A DNA stretch of 62,964 nt, filler included, from Collodictyon triciliatum (taxonomy: Eukaryota): the NCBI GenBank assembly GCA_043381765.1. It is 13 parts of 13 records of this genome, joined end to end, with 100 filler letters (N's around TTAATTAATTAA, not from the genome) between each part and the next. Parts side by side here need not be neighbours in the genome. Positions count along the whole stretch, not along the records: positions 1 to 8,500 come from JBHJMP010005839.1; positions 8,601 to 13,295 come from JBHJMP010005841.1; 11 more parts are not named here. One strand, 5' to 3'. The notes under the pieces are model-generated. The model ran no database searches and was not told the DNA's origin. It saw only the letters and a program-made list of their open reading frames with translations. Positions 1 through 12,765 of this stretch are shown piece after piece. A program made the translations under genes and the position numbers. The first letter of the stretch is position 1; the number at the start of each line of letters is the position of its first letter.

Positions 1-227
1 CAAACAAAAAACAAACAAAAAACAAACAAAAAACAAACAAAAAACAAACAAAAAACAAACAAAAAACAAACAAAAAACAAACAAAAAACAAAAAACAAAA
101 TACAAAATACCCAAAAACCCAAAAACCCAAAAACCCAAAAAAACCCTTATAGAGAAAAGGAAAGAAAGATAAATCGACATCAAATGTAGAAGAAAAGAGA
201 ACCGAAAGGGACTCTGATAAGTTGTAA

Positions 228-2406
228 ATGGCCTCGCCCGTACTTCGCGGACTGTTTGGGCTTGTCGGGCTTGGAGGCATCGGTGCTGTAGCATCCTCCT
301 TGTACCTGGGTATGCGACCTCTATTACATTCTATCGGTGATGTAAGACTTTCCCTTACACCTTTCCTTGATGTCGCACTACAAGATATTTCCTCTTCTTT
401 TCGTAGGACCCACTCGATGTTTTCTTTTTAAGCAGAGAGACCATAGAGTCCTTGTATTTTTGTCTTTATTTTCTCTTTTTACTCACTTAACTGGTCCAGT
501 ATCTCACGATGACAATTTTCTATACATCTCCCCAAAAATATTTTATTTGATTCATATTTCAATATGCACTTTTTTTTTTTTTTTTACTGCCACTCCGTAG
601 TAGATGCTGGTCACAGAAGCATCATTTTCAGTAGATTTGATGGTGTTCAAAACAAAGTCTACGAGGAAGGTTTCCGGTTTTTGATTCCCTGGGTGGAGAG
701 AGCGTATATCTATGATGTGAGAACCCAGCCATTTCAGATCCAAGCAAGCACGGGATGCAAAGGTGACTCTACGGACGACTTTTTATCCTTCTTGCGTTCT
801 TTTTACCCCACAACTACTTCTTCTCCCTAGTTTTGGTACCCCCTCATATATTAGAAATACGAAAAGAATGAATATTTGTTTCATTTATTTATTTCTGATT
901 TCTTTTCTTTTTGGAGGAAGGGAAGGGCGTTCTTTTTCGTTCTTCGCATGTTCTATTTCCAGTGAAGCACTTTGCACAATGAAAAAGAGCTCGTTGGACA
1001 CTAGCCACATAATATATATTTCCAGATATGCAAGTTGTAAACCTCGTGGTCAGAGTCCTCTTCCGTCCTCGTATTCAGGATATCCCCGAAATCCACAAAA
1101 AGTACGGACAAGACTACCAAGGAAACATTCTCCCTTACATCGGGAATGAGGTTATTAAGGCAGTTGTCGCCCAATATGATGCTGGCGAGTTAATCACTCA
1201 AAGAGAGCAGGTCTCTCGACAAATCCGCGAGAACCTCACGCAAAGAGCTTCAGAGTTTAATATCGAATTGGATGACGTTTCTATCGTAAATAATACCAAA
1301 TAATTTTATCCTTGCATAGAATAAATGAAAGAAAACAATTAATGCTGGGGTTATAACTGCCTTTCTCCCATCTTGCTTGCCCCAACTCCATATTTTATCA
1401 CACTGGCCCCCTTATATCATTTTATTTCGTCATTTTGATTCGCTGATTATCACTTCCCCCTCTCATTTCCCTCCAACTCTAGACCCATTTGAAGTTTGGT
1501 AACGACTTCGCCTTTGCTATTGAGAGAAAGCAAGTTGGTTAGTAGCTCTCTTTTCGCAGTCTACCACCATGTCAAAGTTCTCTCTTTCTTTCCTCGACTA
1601 GAATTCAACTTGTATACATTTTTATGTCTGTGTGCGCATGTATTTTTTTTTTTTTTAGTTGAAACGGTTTTTTTTTTTATGACTATTTTGCATCCACTAG
1701 AACAACAAAAGGCCGAACGCCAGAAATATGTTGTGCAAAAGGTTTGGTAGCCATACATATATAGGGGTCCTTTGTACAACCAAATAACGAAAATAAGCCA
1801 AAGTTTTTCTCTTACTTCGTCTAAAACTCTACTCTATTTGAAGCCGCCTTTGTGGCAATGCATGAATCTTCTTCTTTCCTTAATGATAACTTATTATCAT
1901 ATCACCTTTATCAACACAGAACGAACAAGAGCAACTGGCTGCTGTCATCCAAGCCGAGGGTCAAACAGAGGCTGCCAAACTGGTAACACCCGATGAGACC
2001 AAGGGTGAATCAACGCACACCCCGATTCTTTCATGTTTATTTCCACACTCACCCGCTTCTATGTTGCATCCCTTGCATGTCCTTTAGATCAATGACGCCA
2101 TGTCCTCCTACGGCCGCGAATACATCACTCTGCGCCGCATAGGTTTGAATCACTTCATGGTTCTTCGTTCATCCACAAAGCTCTTGTGAATATCGGGACA
2201 CGTAGGGGCACTCACTCAAAGCTTCCCCGTCACCTCGGCCCTTCTAACATCCTCGGCTGCCTCCTCATTATCTCCTTTTTTTTTTTTTTCTATTTCCGAC
2301 AGAGGCCGCTCGTGATATTGCGGAAGCCCTCGCTCGCAGTCGCAACATCACATATCTGCCCCCCTCCGGAAACATCCTTGTCGGGCTAGACTCTGCCGGA
2401 AAATAA
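228..2406 (+). CDS. PHB1: Prohibitin (PHB1-like SPFH protein), 8 exons
   Basis: GT-AG exons splice in phase: [17 protein letters not shown]...[17 protein letters not shown]...[15 protein letters not shown]...[25 protein letters not shown]...LDDVSITHLKFG...FAIERKQV...AERQKYVV...AEGQTEAA...[11 protein letters not shown] at 2404-2406. The PHB1 vs PHB2 assignment is by eye. Confidence 0.93.
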
Positions 2407-3090
2407 GGGAGCAAGCCCCGTCGCAATAGGGGCTAATGAGAGAGTCTTGCCTGGTGCTTCACCCTAGCCTCGACGCGCATCCCCCAAACTAACAAATTCG
2501 AAACATAACCAATAACATAAAATAAAATTGCACAATCCATCCCAAAACTTGNNNNNNNNNNNNNNNNNNNNNNNNNNNNNNNNNNNNNNNNNNNNNNNNN
2601 NNNNNNNNNNNNNNNNNNNNNNNNNNNNNNNNNNNNNNNNNNNNNNNNNNNNNNNNNNNNNNNNNNNNNNNNNNNNNNNNNNNNNNNNNNNNNNNNNNNN
2701 NNNNNNNNNNNNNNNNNNNNNNNNNNNNNNNNNNNNNNNNNNNNNNNNNNNNNNNNNNNNNNNNNNNNNNNNNNNNNNNNNNNNNNNNNNNNNNNNNNNN
2801 NNNNNNNNNNNNNNNNNNNNNNNNNNNNNNNNNNNNNNNNNNNNNNNNNNNNNNNNNNNNNNNNNNNNNNNNNNNNNNNNNNNNNNNNNNNNNNNNNNNN
2901 NNNNNNNNNNNNNNNNNNNNNNNNNNNNNNNNNNNNNNNNNNNNNNNNNNNNNNNNNNNNNNNNNNNNNNNNNNNNNNNNNNNNNNNNNNNNNNNNNNNN
3001 NNNNNTGTACATGCTTTTCTTTGGTCTTTGAGGCGGAGGATAAGCAGAACGCAGAAGACACCTTTTCAGTCCACTGCATGAATCCTATGT

Positions 3091-4451
3091 TTACAGGAAT
3101 GATTTTTGCATTAGTGCCCAAGAATTCGAACAAAGTGACAGCAAAAAATAACAACATCCATCTCGCACAAATTGAAAAGAATAAGAAGAATAAGAAAGTA
3201 GAAGAATAAATAAAAAATAGCAGTTTTTCTAAAAATAGAGAATCATCCCTTCCTGAGAATTTTATAGCAATAACACTGATACCAATACTCTATTTTCAGA
3301 ACATCAAAATCTTACTCAATACGATGTGATGTGTATGTATAAAAAAGACTCACTCTCTGACCAAGAGACTTGTGGGATGCAGTTCTCTCGCAGCCACTCC
3401 AAGCCCTCGTCAAGCCCTTCACCCGAGACTGCAGATGCTCCAAAGACCGCCCACTTGCGACCCTTTGTTCAGCACACTGTTATTCTTTCGCTTTTTCGCC
3501 GGTACACAACTCTGTGTTCATGACAAATAACTTGAAATATGTATTCTTTTGTCACCTTAAGTAGTCCATCAAGATTCAACATCTCTGCAATTTTTTCGGG
3601 AGAGTGTGCCCCAGGAAGATCCTTCAGAACAATATGAGCATGAAAAGGAAAGGAAAGGAAAGGAAAGGAAAGGAAAGGAAAGGAAAGGAAAGGAAAGGAA
3701 AGGAAAGGAAAGGAAAGGAAAGGAAAGGAAAGGAAAGGAAAAGAAAAAGAAAAAGAAAAAGAAAAAGAAAAAGAAAAAGAAAAAGAAAAAGAAAAAGAAA
3801 AAGAAAAAGAAAAAGAAAAAGAAAAAGATAAAAACTTATAAAGCTGACCAAAAGACTCGTTTGTGGATTAAGCATTCTTCAAAAAATTGATTGGGCCGAT
3901 AAATTTGAGTACCATATTCTTTTCAAAGCAATAGTTTGCACATAAAATGCTTTGATATTAAAATCATAACAGAGGAACATGTCACACGGGTGTGATCTAA
4001 ATACCTGCTTATTGGCAAATATGAGTACAGGATATCCGCTAGATTCGCTGTGACTAGTAATCCGATCCAAATCTTCTTTTGCCCCAGCTTCCTGCCACTC
4101 ATCCATAATGCTGTCCACCATGAAGATAAAGGCATCAGCATTGTTATAATACATGTGATGAAGCCTCCTAATCTAGAATGGTGTCCGAATGTACTTTCAT
4201 GAGCTGGCGAGCACATAGTAAAGCGAGGCACTTCACAGTAAACTTGATGGATATCTGCCACATGCACATTCACAAACTGGCTTCGCATCAGGGAAACTCA
4301 CTCCATCGCGACCGCCTAAATCCCACATGGTCAGGTTCAAATCGCGCCAAATAACTTGTTCCACGTTGAATCCGATGGTCGGTATTGTTGTGACCACCTC
4401 CCCAAGGTGCAAACGATACAGCAGCGTCGTTTTGCCCGAACTGTAGTACCC
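3091..4451 (-). CDS. Divergent Arf/Arl-family small GTPase (first exon not resolved; last exon 3091-3161 tentative)
   Basis: Exons give [33 protein letters not shown]...[29 protein letters not shown]...[13 protein letters not shown]...|[24 protein letters not shown], covering Arf G1-G5 motifs. Confidence 0.88.
3643..3828. repeat. (GGAAA)n/(GAAAAA)n microsatellite inside an Arf-like intron; representative of many SSRs (e.g. 4533-4795, 13183-13295, 17323-17420, 17984-18075, 27290-27656, 43000-43390, 49389-49495, 51400-51520, 61930-62098)
   Basis: Directly visible simple repeats, mostly intronic or at scaffold ends. Confidence 0.95.
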
Positions 4452-5658
4452 CTAGTTGTTATGCAACTTTAACTCATACACTATTAATATTAACATGCTT
4501 TTTTTTTTAAGAAAAAAAAACTTGGCTTGAGCAGAAAAAGAAAAAGAAAAAGAAAAAGAAAAAGAAAAAGAAAAAGAAAAAAGAAAATGAAAAATGAAAA
4601 AAAGAAAAAGGAAAAGAAAAAGAAAAAGAAAAAGAAAAAGAAAAAGAAAAAGAAAAAGAAAAAGAAAAAGAAAAAGAAAAAGAAAAAGAAAAAGAAAANA
4701 AAGAAAAAGAAAAAGAAAAAGAAAAAGAAAAAGAAAAAGAAAAAGAAAAAGAAAAAGAAAAAGAAAAAGAAAAAGAAAAAGAAAAAGAAAAAGAAATGAA
4801 AAATGAAAAGTATTTCCTTGAGCCAATAAAGGGCTTTTTATTACGATAACATATAGTATGTGAGGCGCGCTTGTTCCTCTTCACGACATTCATTTTTTCT
4901 TTTTCTACAAACTGAAGATGAAGGAAACGGCGCGCTGGGGAATTTTAAACACAAACCGTGATCAAGACGCGGGCGTTTCTTCTGAACGGCGCTCCCAGAA
5001 ACTCAAACATATCGATGTGCCACGGTTCTGCATATTTATGTGAGTGTTTTTTGAACTTCTGCTCCGTTCCTTTCCTTTGTTTTTTATTTTATTTTATTTT
5101 ACAATTAATTCTATGCTTGTGCGACTATAACGTGCGTGTGTTTTCTCTGCCAAGTCGGCAATAAATACGGATGACACATGCCAAGGCAATTTCTCGGAAT
5201 TCCAGGGATTTTTGAACCCATCCGCAAGCGTCAAGGAAACTCATGGAAGTAAAAAAAATTAATAAAAAAATCAATAAAAAATCAATAAAAAATCAATAAA
5301 AAATCAATAAAAAATCAATAAAAAATCAATAAAAAAATTAATAAAAAACTAATAGAAAATAAAATAAAAATTGCATCAAAATAAAACCATGTTGAAGAGA
5401 ATAAAAATGGGTAATGAAAAAAAAAGAAACAAGAAAAAAGAAAAAGAAACAAGAAAAAAGAAAAAGAAAAAATAATAAAGAAAAAAGAAGCGAGGTTGTG
5501 CCGACCGCGTTGTTTCATTCTTGAGAGCCACATCACTGTTGACGGCATTTTCCTTTTCAGAGTGGTAAAATCTGCGCCACAGGTTCTCAGCATCTCAGCC
5601 ACACTTTCAAAGCCGTCTCTCTCTCTCTCTCATTCTTTCTTTTATTTCTTTAATGTGC

Positions 5659-6638
5659 TCATGATTTGTAGAGTTTTGGAAGCTGGAGAGCAGATATAAC
5701 CTTCGCAGGCAAAGCATAAACGGGGTCGATTTCCACAAGGTTTCCATAACCCAAGAGGCTAAGCCCAGCAACACCAAAGAAAGTGTGATACACATCCACC
5801 ATATTGCCTGGCTTATCAGAAATACCTCCCGATTCCGAGTCCTTTAAAAATAGATCAGAATGATGCATATTTTGTCAGTAGAAGGATACATGGCACAACA
5901 CAGTTTCTGATTTGTTTCTCTTTTCTCGAAACTTTGATGTCGTACTTGGCACTTCAGGATAAACTGGACAAGGCGTTCTCGGTCGATCCATTTAATCCTG
6001 TCAAGGATGCTCAAAGCGGAGAGGACCCACCATGAATAGCAAACCTGCAACATTTTTATATATATATATAAAAAAAAGAAGGAATTCACGTTAGTTCCTT
6101 GGTGTATGTATACGATCAATAGGATACATGAACAAAAATAAACGAGTATTTGTTTATCGAGTTCCAAGAAGCATTTTGAATTAAATAATAATGATTTTTT
6201 GAATAACACAAGAAATAAAATATGATGCAGCCCAAGTTTTTGATATGCATCAAAAGACTCATTCGACGACTTGATATTACATAAAGTACCAATCAATTCA
6301 TCATCAAATCATTAAAACCAAAATATATGATAATAGTGCAGAAGAGAAAAAAAAAAAGGTCAGGCTCACATCGGCCTTCTTCTCAGGTCTCCCGTTTAAG
6401 CCTCCATTTTCGATTGTTTGTCGTTCACAAAGCCACCACCCAAGTAGGTCGGCATCCACATGGTGCAGGGCATTCCCAATGGCCAAGGCGCCAACACAGC
6501 AGAAAACTGGACCCCATATTAGTATACTATTAACAATATTCTTTTGAAGATACTACCATCAAATAATAAGAACAACAACAACAACAATAATAATAANNNN
6601 NNNNNNNNNNNNNNNNNNNNNNNNNNNNNNNNNNNNNN

Positions 6639-6684
<46 letters not shown>

Positions 6685-7930
6685 CCATTTAAGCGAGCAA
6701 ACGACCCTACTTTGCCCTGCATGAGATTCAGCACCGGGGACGCATCCAAAGCCACCATCAAAGTTTTTGCATGCCGCAACAAAATCTGTCGCTTTCTTGA
6801 CATCAACAGAGTCCAAACATCCAAGGAGTGACATGCACGAAAGAGCGCAATAAGAAAACCTTTAATCAATATGATAATTCAGGCATCATTCATTTTTCAA
6901 TTCAATCATTGTGAACAATATTCAAAAAAATTATCTACGTATGAGATTTCAAGTCCAACAACCTTGTGTCAATTTCTCCCCATTTGTCTCCAGCAAAAGA
7001 ACCGTCAGGTTGTTGAAGTCCAGCAACGTCTTCGCCAAGTTATCATCATCATAATTATAATAAATGAGAAGAACATCAACATGATAAAATAATTTTCGTT
7101 GATAGTGATAGGAAGAGATTTGTTGTCTTATGATTTTGGGAAAAAGTTAAGTTTCCATGCATTCCCAACTCGAACGAGAAAAAAAGTATATACATTTCTA
7201 CTTACAAGATACAATTGCTTCCTTATTGACAGAGTCCAAGCCACCTATCAATAAAAGAATTTGAACTGCACTCAATGTGTAGAGTAAATGAGGGTCATGG
7301 CCGATGCTTCCACTAAATCCGCCTAGAGCAGGAGAAATAAATCTATTATTCTTTCAGGACCGAGTAGAAAGGTGGTCTCATAGGAAAACGAAGAAATGAT
7401 ATATTTTCTTTCATATTATAGAGACCCAATTCCAACAAGAGGCATTTGCATTTAGATAACCACTCAAGAGTGCAAAAATAATAGATTTTTATGTAAAAAA
7501 AAAGGCTGAAAAAAACAGCGACTGAATTCTAAATGCAACCAAAACATAAAATAAAAACAAAATAAGTGAATGCTACTGGCCTTCAGATGTTTGGCAAGAG
7601 ATAACCCATTCACGAATCTCATCCAGTTTCATTTGAGGCAGAGCACTCAAGATATCCATGGCTGTCAACCCCCAGTACAGCCCGCTCATTCGGAGATGCT
7701 CCGTGGCAACATACTCAAATGTATCTCGAGCCTATGAAACAGTGTAGTTTTCGTCAGAAGAAGCAGGAATCATACATGGTGGGTGTTTGGTGGATATTAA
7801 AAAAGTTATTTCTTTGAAGATCAATGGAGATAATATAAAATAAAGGACGAAAAAAAAATATTCATTTGTAACTGACATTGTCGAGGCTTTTGATATATTC
7901 GATGTGCTTCTCCTTGAAAAGATCGGCCAT
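5659..7930 (-). CDS. RABGGTB: Rab geranylgeranyltransferase (type II) beta subunit
   Basis: [17 protein letters not shown]...[14 protein letters not shown]...[14 protein letters not shown]...[18 protein letters not shown]...[18 protein letters not shown]...[21 protein letters not shown]...[27 protein letters not shown]...[11 protein letters not shown] at 5659. Confidence 0.95.
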
Positions 7931-8500
7931 ATCACGAAGAAAGGCAATATAACTGCAATCATGAAAGATTCATTAAGTGCAAGAAAATAATAAATGAGCG
8001 AAACAAAAGAAGTACTGATATTCGAGTTTGACGTTTGGATTGTTGAACAGTTTGAAGTCTTGCTGTTGTTCTTTAAGAGAGTTTAGACTTCAACAAGGAG
8101 AAACTTTGTCACGTTTAGAATGATATCATCAAGGAGCTGCAAAAGAATGGCAACGAATGCGTGTTGCAATGGTATATTGAAATAATAAATACGTGTAATG
8201 AAGTAAAATTAAAGTAAAACCAAAACTAAAGAAAAAAAGAAGAAAAAGAAGAAAAAGAAGAAAAAGAAGAAAGAAAGAAGAAAGAAAGAAGAAAGAAAGA
8301 AAGAAAGAAAGAAGAAAGAAAGAAAGAAAGAAAATAAGAAAGAAAGAAAATGAGAAAATAAGAAAGAAAGAAAGAAAGAAAATAAGAAAGTAAGAAAGAA
8401 AATAAGAAAGAAAGAAAATAAGAAAGAAGGAAAATAAGAAAGAAAGAAAATAAGAAAGAAAACAAGAAAGAAAACAAGAAAGAAAAAAAGAAAGAAAGAA

Positions 8501-8600
8501 NNNNNNNNNNNNNNNNNNNNNNNNNNNNNNNNNNNNNNNNNNNNTTAATTAATTAANNNNNNNNNNNNNNNNNNNNNNNNNNNNNNNNNNNNNNNNNNNN
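8501..8600. other. Artificial scaffold linker (44N-TTAATTAATTAA-44N); identical linkers start at 13296, 18076, 22867, 27657, 32444, 37230, 42014, 46796, 51578, 56360 and 61139
   Basis: Identical 100-nt structure repeated 12 times. The core has stop codons in all six frames, and genes are truncated at these points. Confidence 0.95.
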
Positions 8601-11400
8601 GTGTCTTCTGCTGAGTATCAGTATGACCATATTGGTTGGATTCAGAATACAAGGGTGTCTTTTGCTGAGTATCAGTATGACCATATTGGTTGGATTCAGG
8701 ATTAACGTGTGTCTTTTGCTGTGTATCAGTATGACCATACTTGTCAGATTTGGAATGCACTTGTGTCTTTTGCTGAGTATCAGTATTACCATATTGGTTC
8801 GATTCGGAATGCACTAGTGTCTTTTGTTGGGTATCAGTATGACCATATTGGTTGGATTCTGAAAAAGCTGGCGTCTTCTGCTGGGTATCAGTATGTCCGT
8901 ACTTGTTGGATTCGGAATACACTGATGTTTTTTGTTGGGTATTAGTATGACCATATTTGTTGGATTCAGAATATACTGATGTATTTTGTTGAGTATCAGT
9001 ATGACCATATTTGTGTGATTCGGAATACATCGGTGTCTTTTGCTGGGTATCAGTATGACCATATTGGTTCGATTCAGAATAAACTGGTGTCTTTTGTTGA
9101 GTATCAGTTAGTCCATATTTATTGGATTTGTAATATACCGATGTATTTTGTTGAGTGTCAGTATGACCATATTGGTTGGATTCGGAATTCACTAGTGTCT
9201 TTTGCTGTGGATCAGTATGACCATATTTATCAGATTCAGAATATACCGGTGTCTTTTGCTGGGTATCAGTATGACCATATTGGTTGGATTTGGAATAAAC
9301 TGGTGTCTTTTGATGGGTATCAGTGTGTCCATATATATTGGAATCAGAATAAACTGATGTCTTTTGCTGGGTATCAGTATGACCATACTGGTTGGATTCG
9401 GAATAAACCAATGTCTTTTGCTGAGTATCAGTTTGTCCATATTTATTGGATTCAGAATTAACGTGTGTCTTTTGCTGGGTATCAGTATGACCATACTTGT
9501 TGGATTCAGAATTAACGTGTGTCTTTTGCTGGGTATCAGTATGACCATATTTGTTGGATTCGGAATAAACTTGTGTCTTTTGCCGGGTATCAGTATGACC
9601 ATACTGGTTGGATTCGGAATGCATTGGTGTCTTTTGCTGTGTATCAGTATGGCCAAATTGGTTAGATTCGGAATAAACTGGTGTCTTTTGTTGGGTGTCA
9701 GTATGACCATACTTGTTGGATTCAGAATATGCCGGTGTCTTTTGATGGGTATCAGTGTGTCCATACTTGATGGATTCGGAATAAACCAGTGTCTTTTGCT
9801 GTGTATCAGTATGACCATATTGGTTGGATTTGGAATGCACTGGTGTCTTTTGTTGAGTATCAGTATTGCCATACTGGTTGGATTCGGAATGCACCGGTGT
9901 CTTATGCTGGGTATCAGTATGACCATATTGGTTGGATTCAGAATGCGCTGATGTCTTTTGCTGGGTATCAGTATGTCCATATTTATCAGATTCGGAATAC
10001 ACCGAGGTCTTTTGCTGGGTATTAGTATGTCCATATTGGTTGGATTCGGAATACACTGGTGTCTTTTGCTGTGTATAAGTATTACCATATTGGTTGGATT
10101 CGGAATAAACTGGTGTTTTTTGTTGGGTGTCAGTATGACCATATTTGTTGGATTCTGAATGCACTTGTGTCTTTTGTTGAGTGTCAGTGTATCCATACTT
10201 GTTGGATTCTGAATAAACCGGTGTCTTTTGTTGAGTATCAGTATTGCCATACTTGTTAGATTCGGAATGCACTGATGTCCTTTGCTGGGTATCAGTATGA
10301 CCGTACTGGTTGGATTCGGAATGCATTGGTGTCTTTTGCTGTGTATCAGTATTACCATACTTGTTGGATTCGGAATACACTGATGTTTTTTGTTGGGTAT
10401 CAGTATGTCCATATTGGTTGGATTCGGAATGCACTGATGTCCTTTGTTGAGTATCAGTATGGCCAAATTGGTTGGATTCGGAATTCACTAGTGTCTTTTG
10501 TTGGGTGTCAGTATGACCATATTTGTTGGATTCTGAATGCACTTGTGTCTTTTGTTGAGTGTCAGTGTATCCATACTTGTTGGATTCTGAATGCACTTGT
10601 GTCTTTTGTTGGGTATCAGTATTACCATATTGGTTGGATTTGGAATATACTGATGTATTTTGTTGAGTATCAGTATGACCATATTTGTGTGATTCGGAAT
10701 ACATCGGTGTCTTTTGTTGGGTATCAGTATGACCATATTTGTGTGATTCGGAATACATCGGTGTCTTTTGCTGTGTATCAGTATGACCATATTGGTTGGA
10801 TTTGGAATGCACTGGTGTCTTTTGCTGTGTATCAGTGTGTCCATATTGGTTGGATTCGGAATAAACTGGTGTCTTTTGCTGGGTCTCAGTGTGTCCATAG
10901 TGGTTGGATTCGGAATGCACTGGTGTCTTCTGCTGAGTATCAGTATGGCCATATTGGTTGGATTCGGAATGCACTGGTGTCTTTTGTTGAGTATCAGTGT
11001 GTCCATATTGGTTGGATTCGGAATATACTGGTGTCTTTTGCTGGGTATCAGTATTACCATATTTGTTGGATTCAGAATACACTGGTGTCTTCTGCTGGGT
11101 ATCAGTATGACCATACTGGTTGGATTCGGAATGCACTGGTGTCTTTTGTTGGGTGTCAGTATGTCCAAATTGGTTGGATTCGGAATAAACTGGTGTCTGT
11201 TGTTGAGTATCAGTGTATCCATAATGGTTCGATTCGGAATAAACCGGTGTCTTTTGTTGGGTATCAGTTTGTCCATATTGGTTCGATTCGGAATAAACTG
11301 GTGTCTTTTGTTGGGTATCAGTATGGCCATATTGGTTGGATTCGGAATAAACGGGTGTCTTTTGCTGGGTATCAGTATGTCCGTGCTTGTTAGATTCGGA
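8601..11400 (-). repeat. 54-bp coding tandem repeat, about 52 units (consensus YGHTDTQQKTPVYSESNQ)
   Basis: On +, the unit approximates gtatcagtatgaccatattggttggattcggaatacactggtgtcttttgctgg. Only one minus-strand frame stays open across the whole array. Confidence 0.95.
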
Positions 11401-12765
11401 ATATATAGCTGTATTTTTCACGGTATCAGCCATATCATACTTGGTTGACTCTGGGAACACTGATGCCTTCTGTTTGTTTTCAGTATGTCTATGTTTAATA
11501 GATTTCGAATTTTTAATATTTTTTATGTGTGTCTGTTACCTGGTAATGATTTCCTTCCCTGGGGAGATGACCTATTTTATTCGACGACTGGTTATTGATT
11601 GTTTCGTCCGAACTGATGTGTATTCCACTTTGTTGGCTATTATGTCTGGGAATTCGATTTAAATCGGTGTTGGTTGTAATTGGAAAGGTCATTCCTTCAC
11701 CTTTTTGATTCCTCTCAACAAGAGGCATCTTGCTACGGCCTGTAATAAATACTGTATTCAGAATTCTGTTCTGCAATACCATTGGAAATGTGCAAATTCT
11801 ATTTTTATTGTTTTATTCTTAAGTTAACTTACCTTTATGAGAGAGTTTCTTTTGGTTATTGCCTTGCACGAATGTATGTTTGTGATTTTCCATCATTTTA
11901 ATTCTATCTGGCGTGTTATTGAAGCAATCGATCCCTTTGTCTACTGAGGGATCATTAATATCTCTCAATTTTGCTTCTTCATTATTATAATGAAGCTCAT
12001 TTATTTCATCCGCAATGCTATCCTCGGTTATATCTTTCTACATGAAATGTGACATATGAGTATCAACATAAATACTTATTTTGATACTGAAATTAACTTT
12101 AATGAAAAAATGGGAGTAAGCTTCAACTTTAAATTATTTCTTTGTTATTACATATTCTTTGTTAGTGGAGACACAAGGGGATATGTTGCCATCAAAGGTT
12201 TCATCTTTCACCATACTAACACCGTTCTTCTCATCTATTATTGTTAAGGAAAAAAATTGGATGATTCTTGACAACTCTATCTGCTCATTTATAAGGAATG
12301 TAGAAGATTAAAAAAAACATATTTTTCATCGTAGTTCTATTATAAGTTACCTTGAAAAAGTTCATAAGTTGCTGCATGGTTTTGATGGGATATGTGTTGG
12401 AAACATATAATTGACGTTTTATCGTGCAATTGGCTGGCATAGCAATCTAGGTGGCTGGATACATTCGAAAGGATTGCGTACCTTCCGTAAGATAACTTTG
12501 GGTGAATTCCATCTTGACACTCATACCATTCGGTCTGATTCTTCCAAATAATAATTCGATTGATGATGCCAAGGTCAGAATTATTTGCGGGTGTCAAGAT
12601 TAGGGTGATATTTTTATCCATATGGATCGTGATCAACCCAATAGTTTTAAGTGATTCATGGCAAATCCATTCAAGGTCAGTATTGGAGGGCGGATGACAG
12701 GCCACCCAACTCATGAACATAGTGAAAATTACTCCAAATCGGAATGTATGCAGTGAAGGCCTCAT
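8601..12765 (-). CDS. Putative secreted protein: signal peptide, Cys-containing N-terminal domain, then a long 18-aa tandem-repeat region (3' truncated at linker)
   Basis: Exon 1 MRPSLHTFRFGVIFTMFMSWVAC...YELFQ (12765 to about 12351). It splices in phase through exons at about 12235-12153, 12037-11833 and 11739-11540 into the uninterrupted repeat ORF (11469-8601). Confidence 0.7.

Noticed and set aside
3604-4893. Poly-K/R/F ORFs here and similar ones at 27019-27712, 42884-43538, 44139-44445 and 61710-62256
   Set aside because: Translations of microsatellites.
8545-8556. TTAATTAATTAA as a recurring biological motif or TSD
   Set aside because: Always embedded in 44-N flanks; it is an assembly linker.
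8601-11400. CRISPR-like array
   Set aside because: Contiguous degenerate 54-bp units with no unique spacers, in a coding eukaryotic context.
8623-11448. Long ORFs in other frames and the antisense strand of the 54-bp array
   Set aside because: Shadows of the tandem repeat. They are broken by stops and do not connect to the upstream exons.
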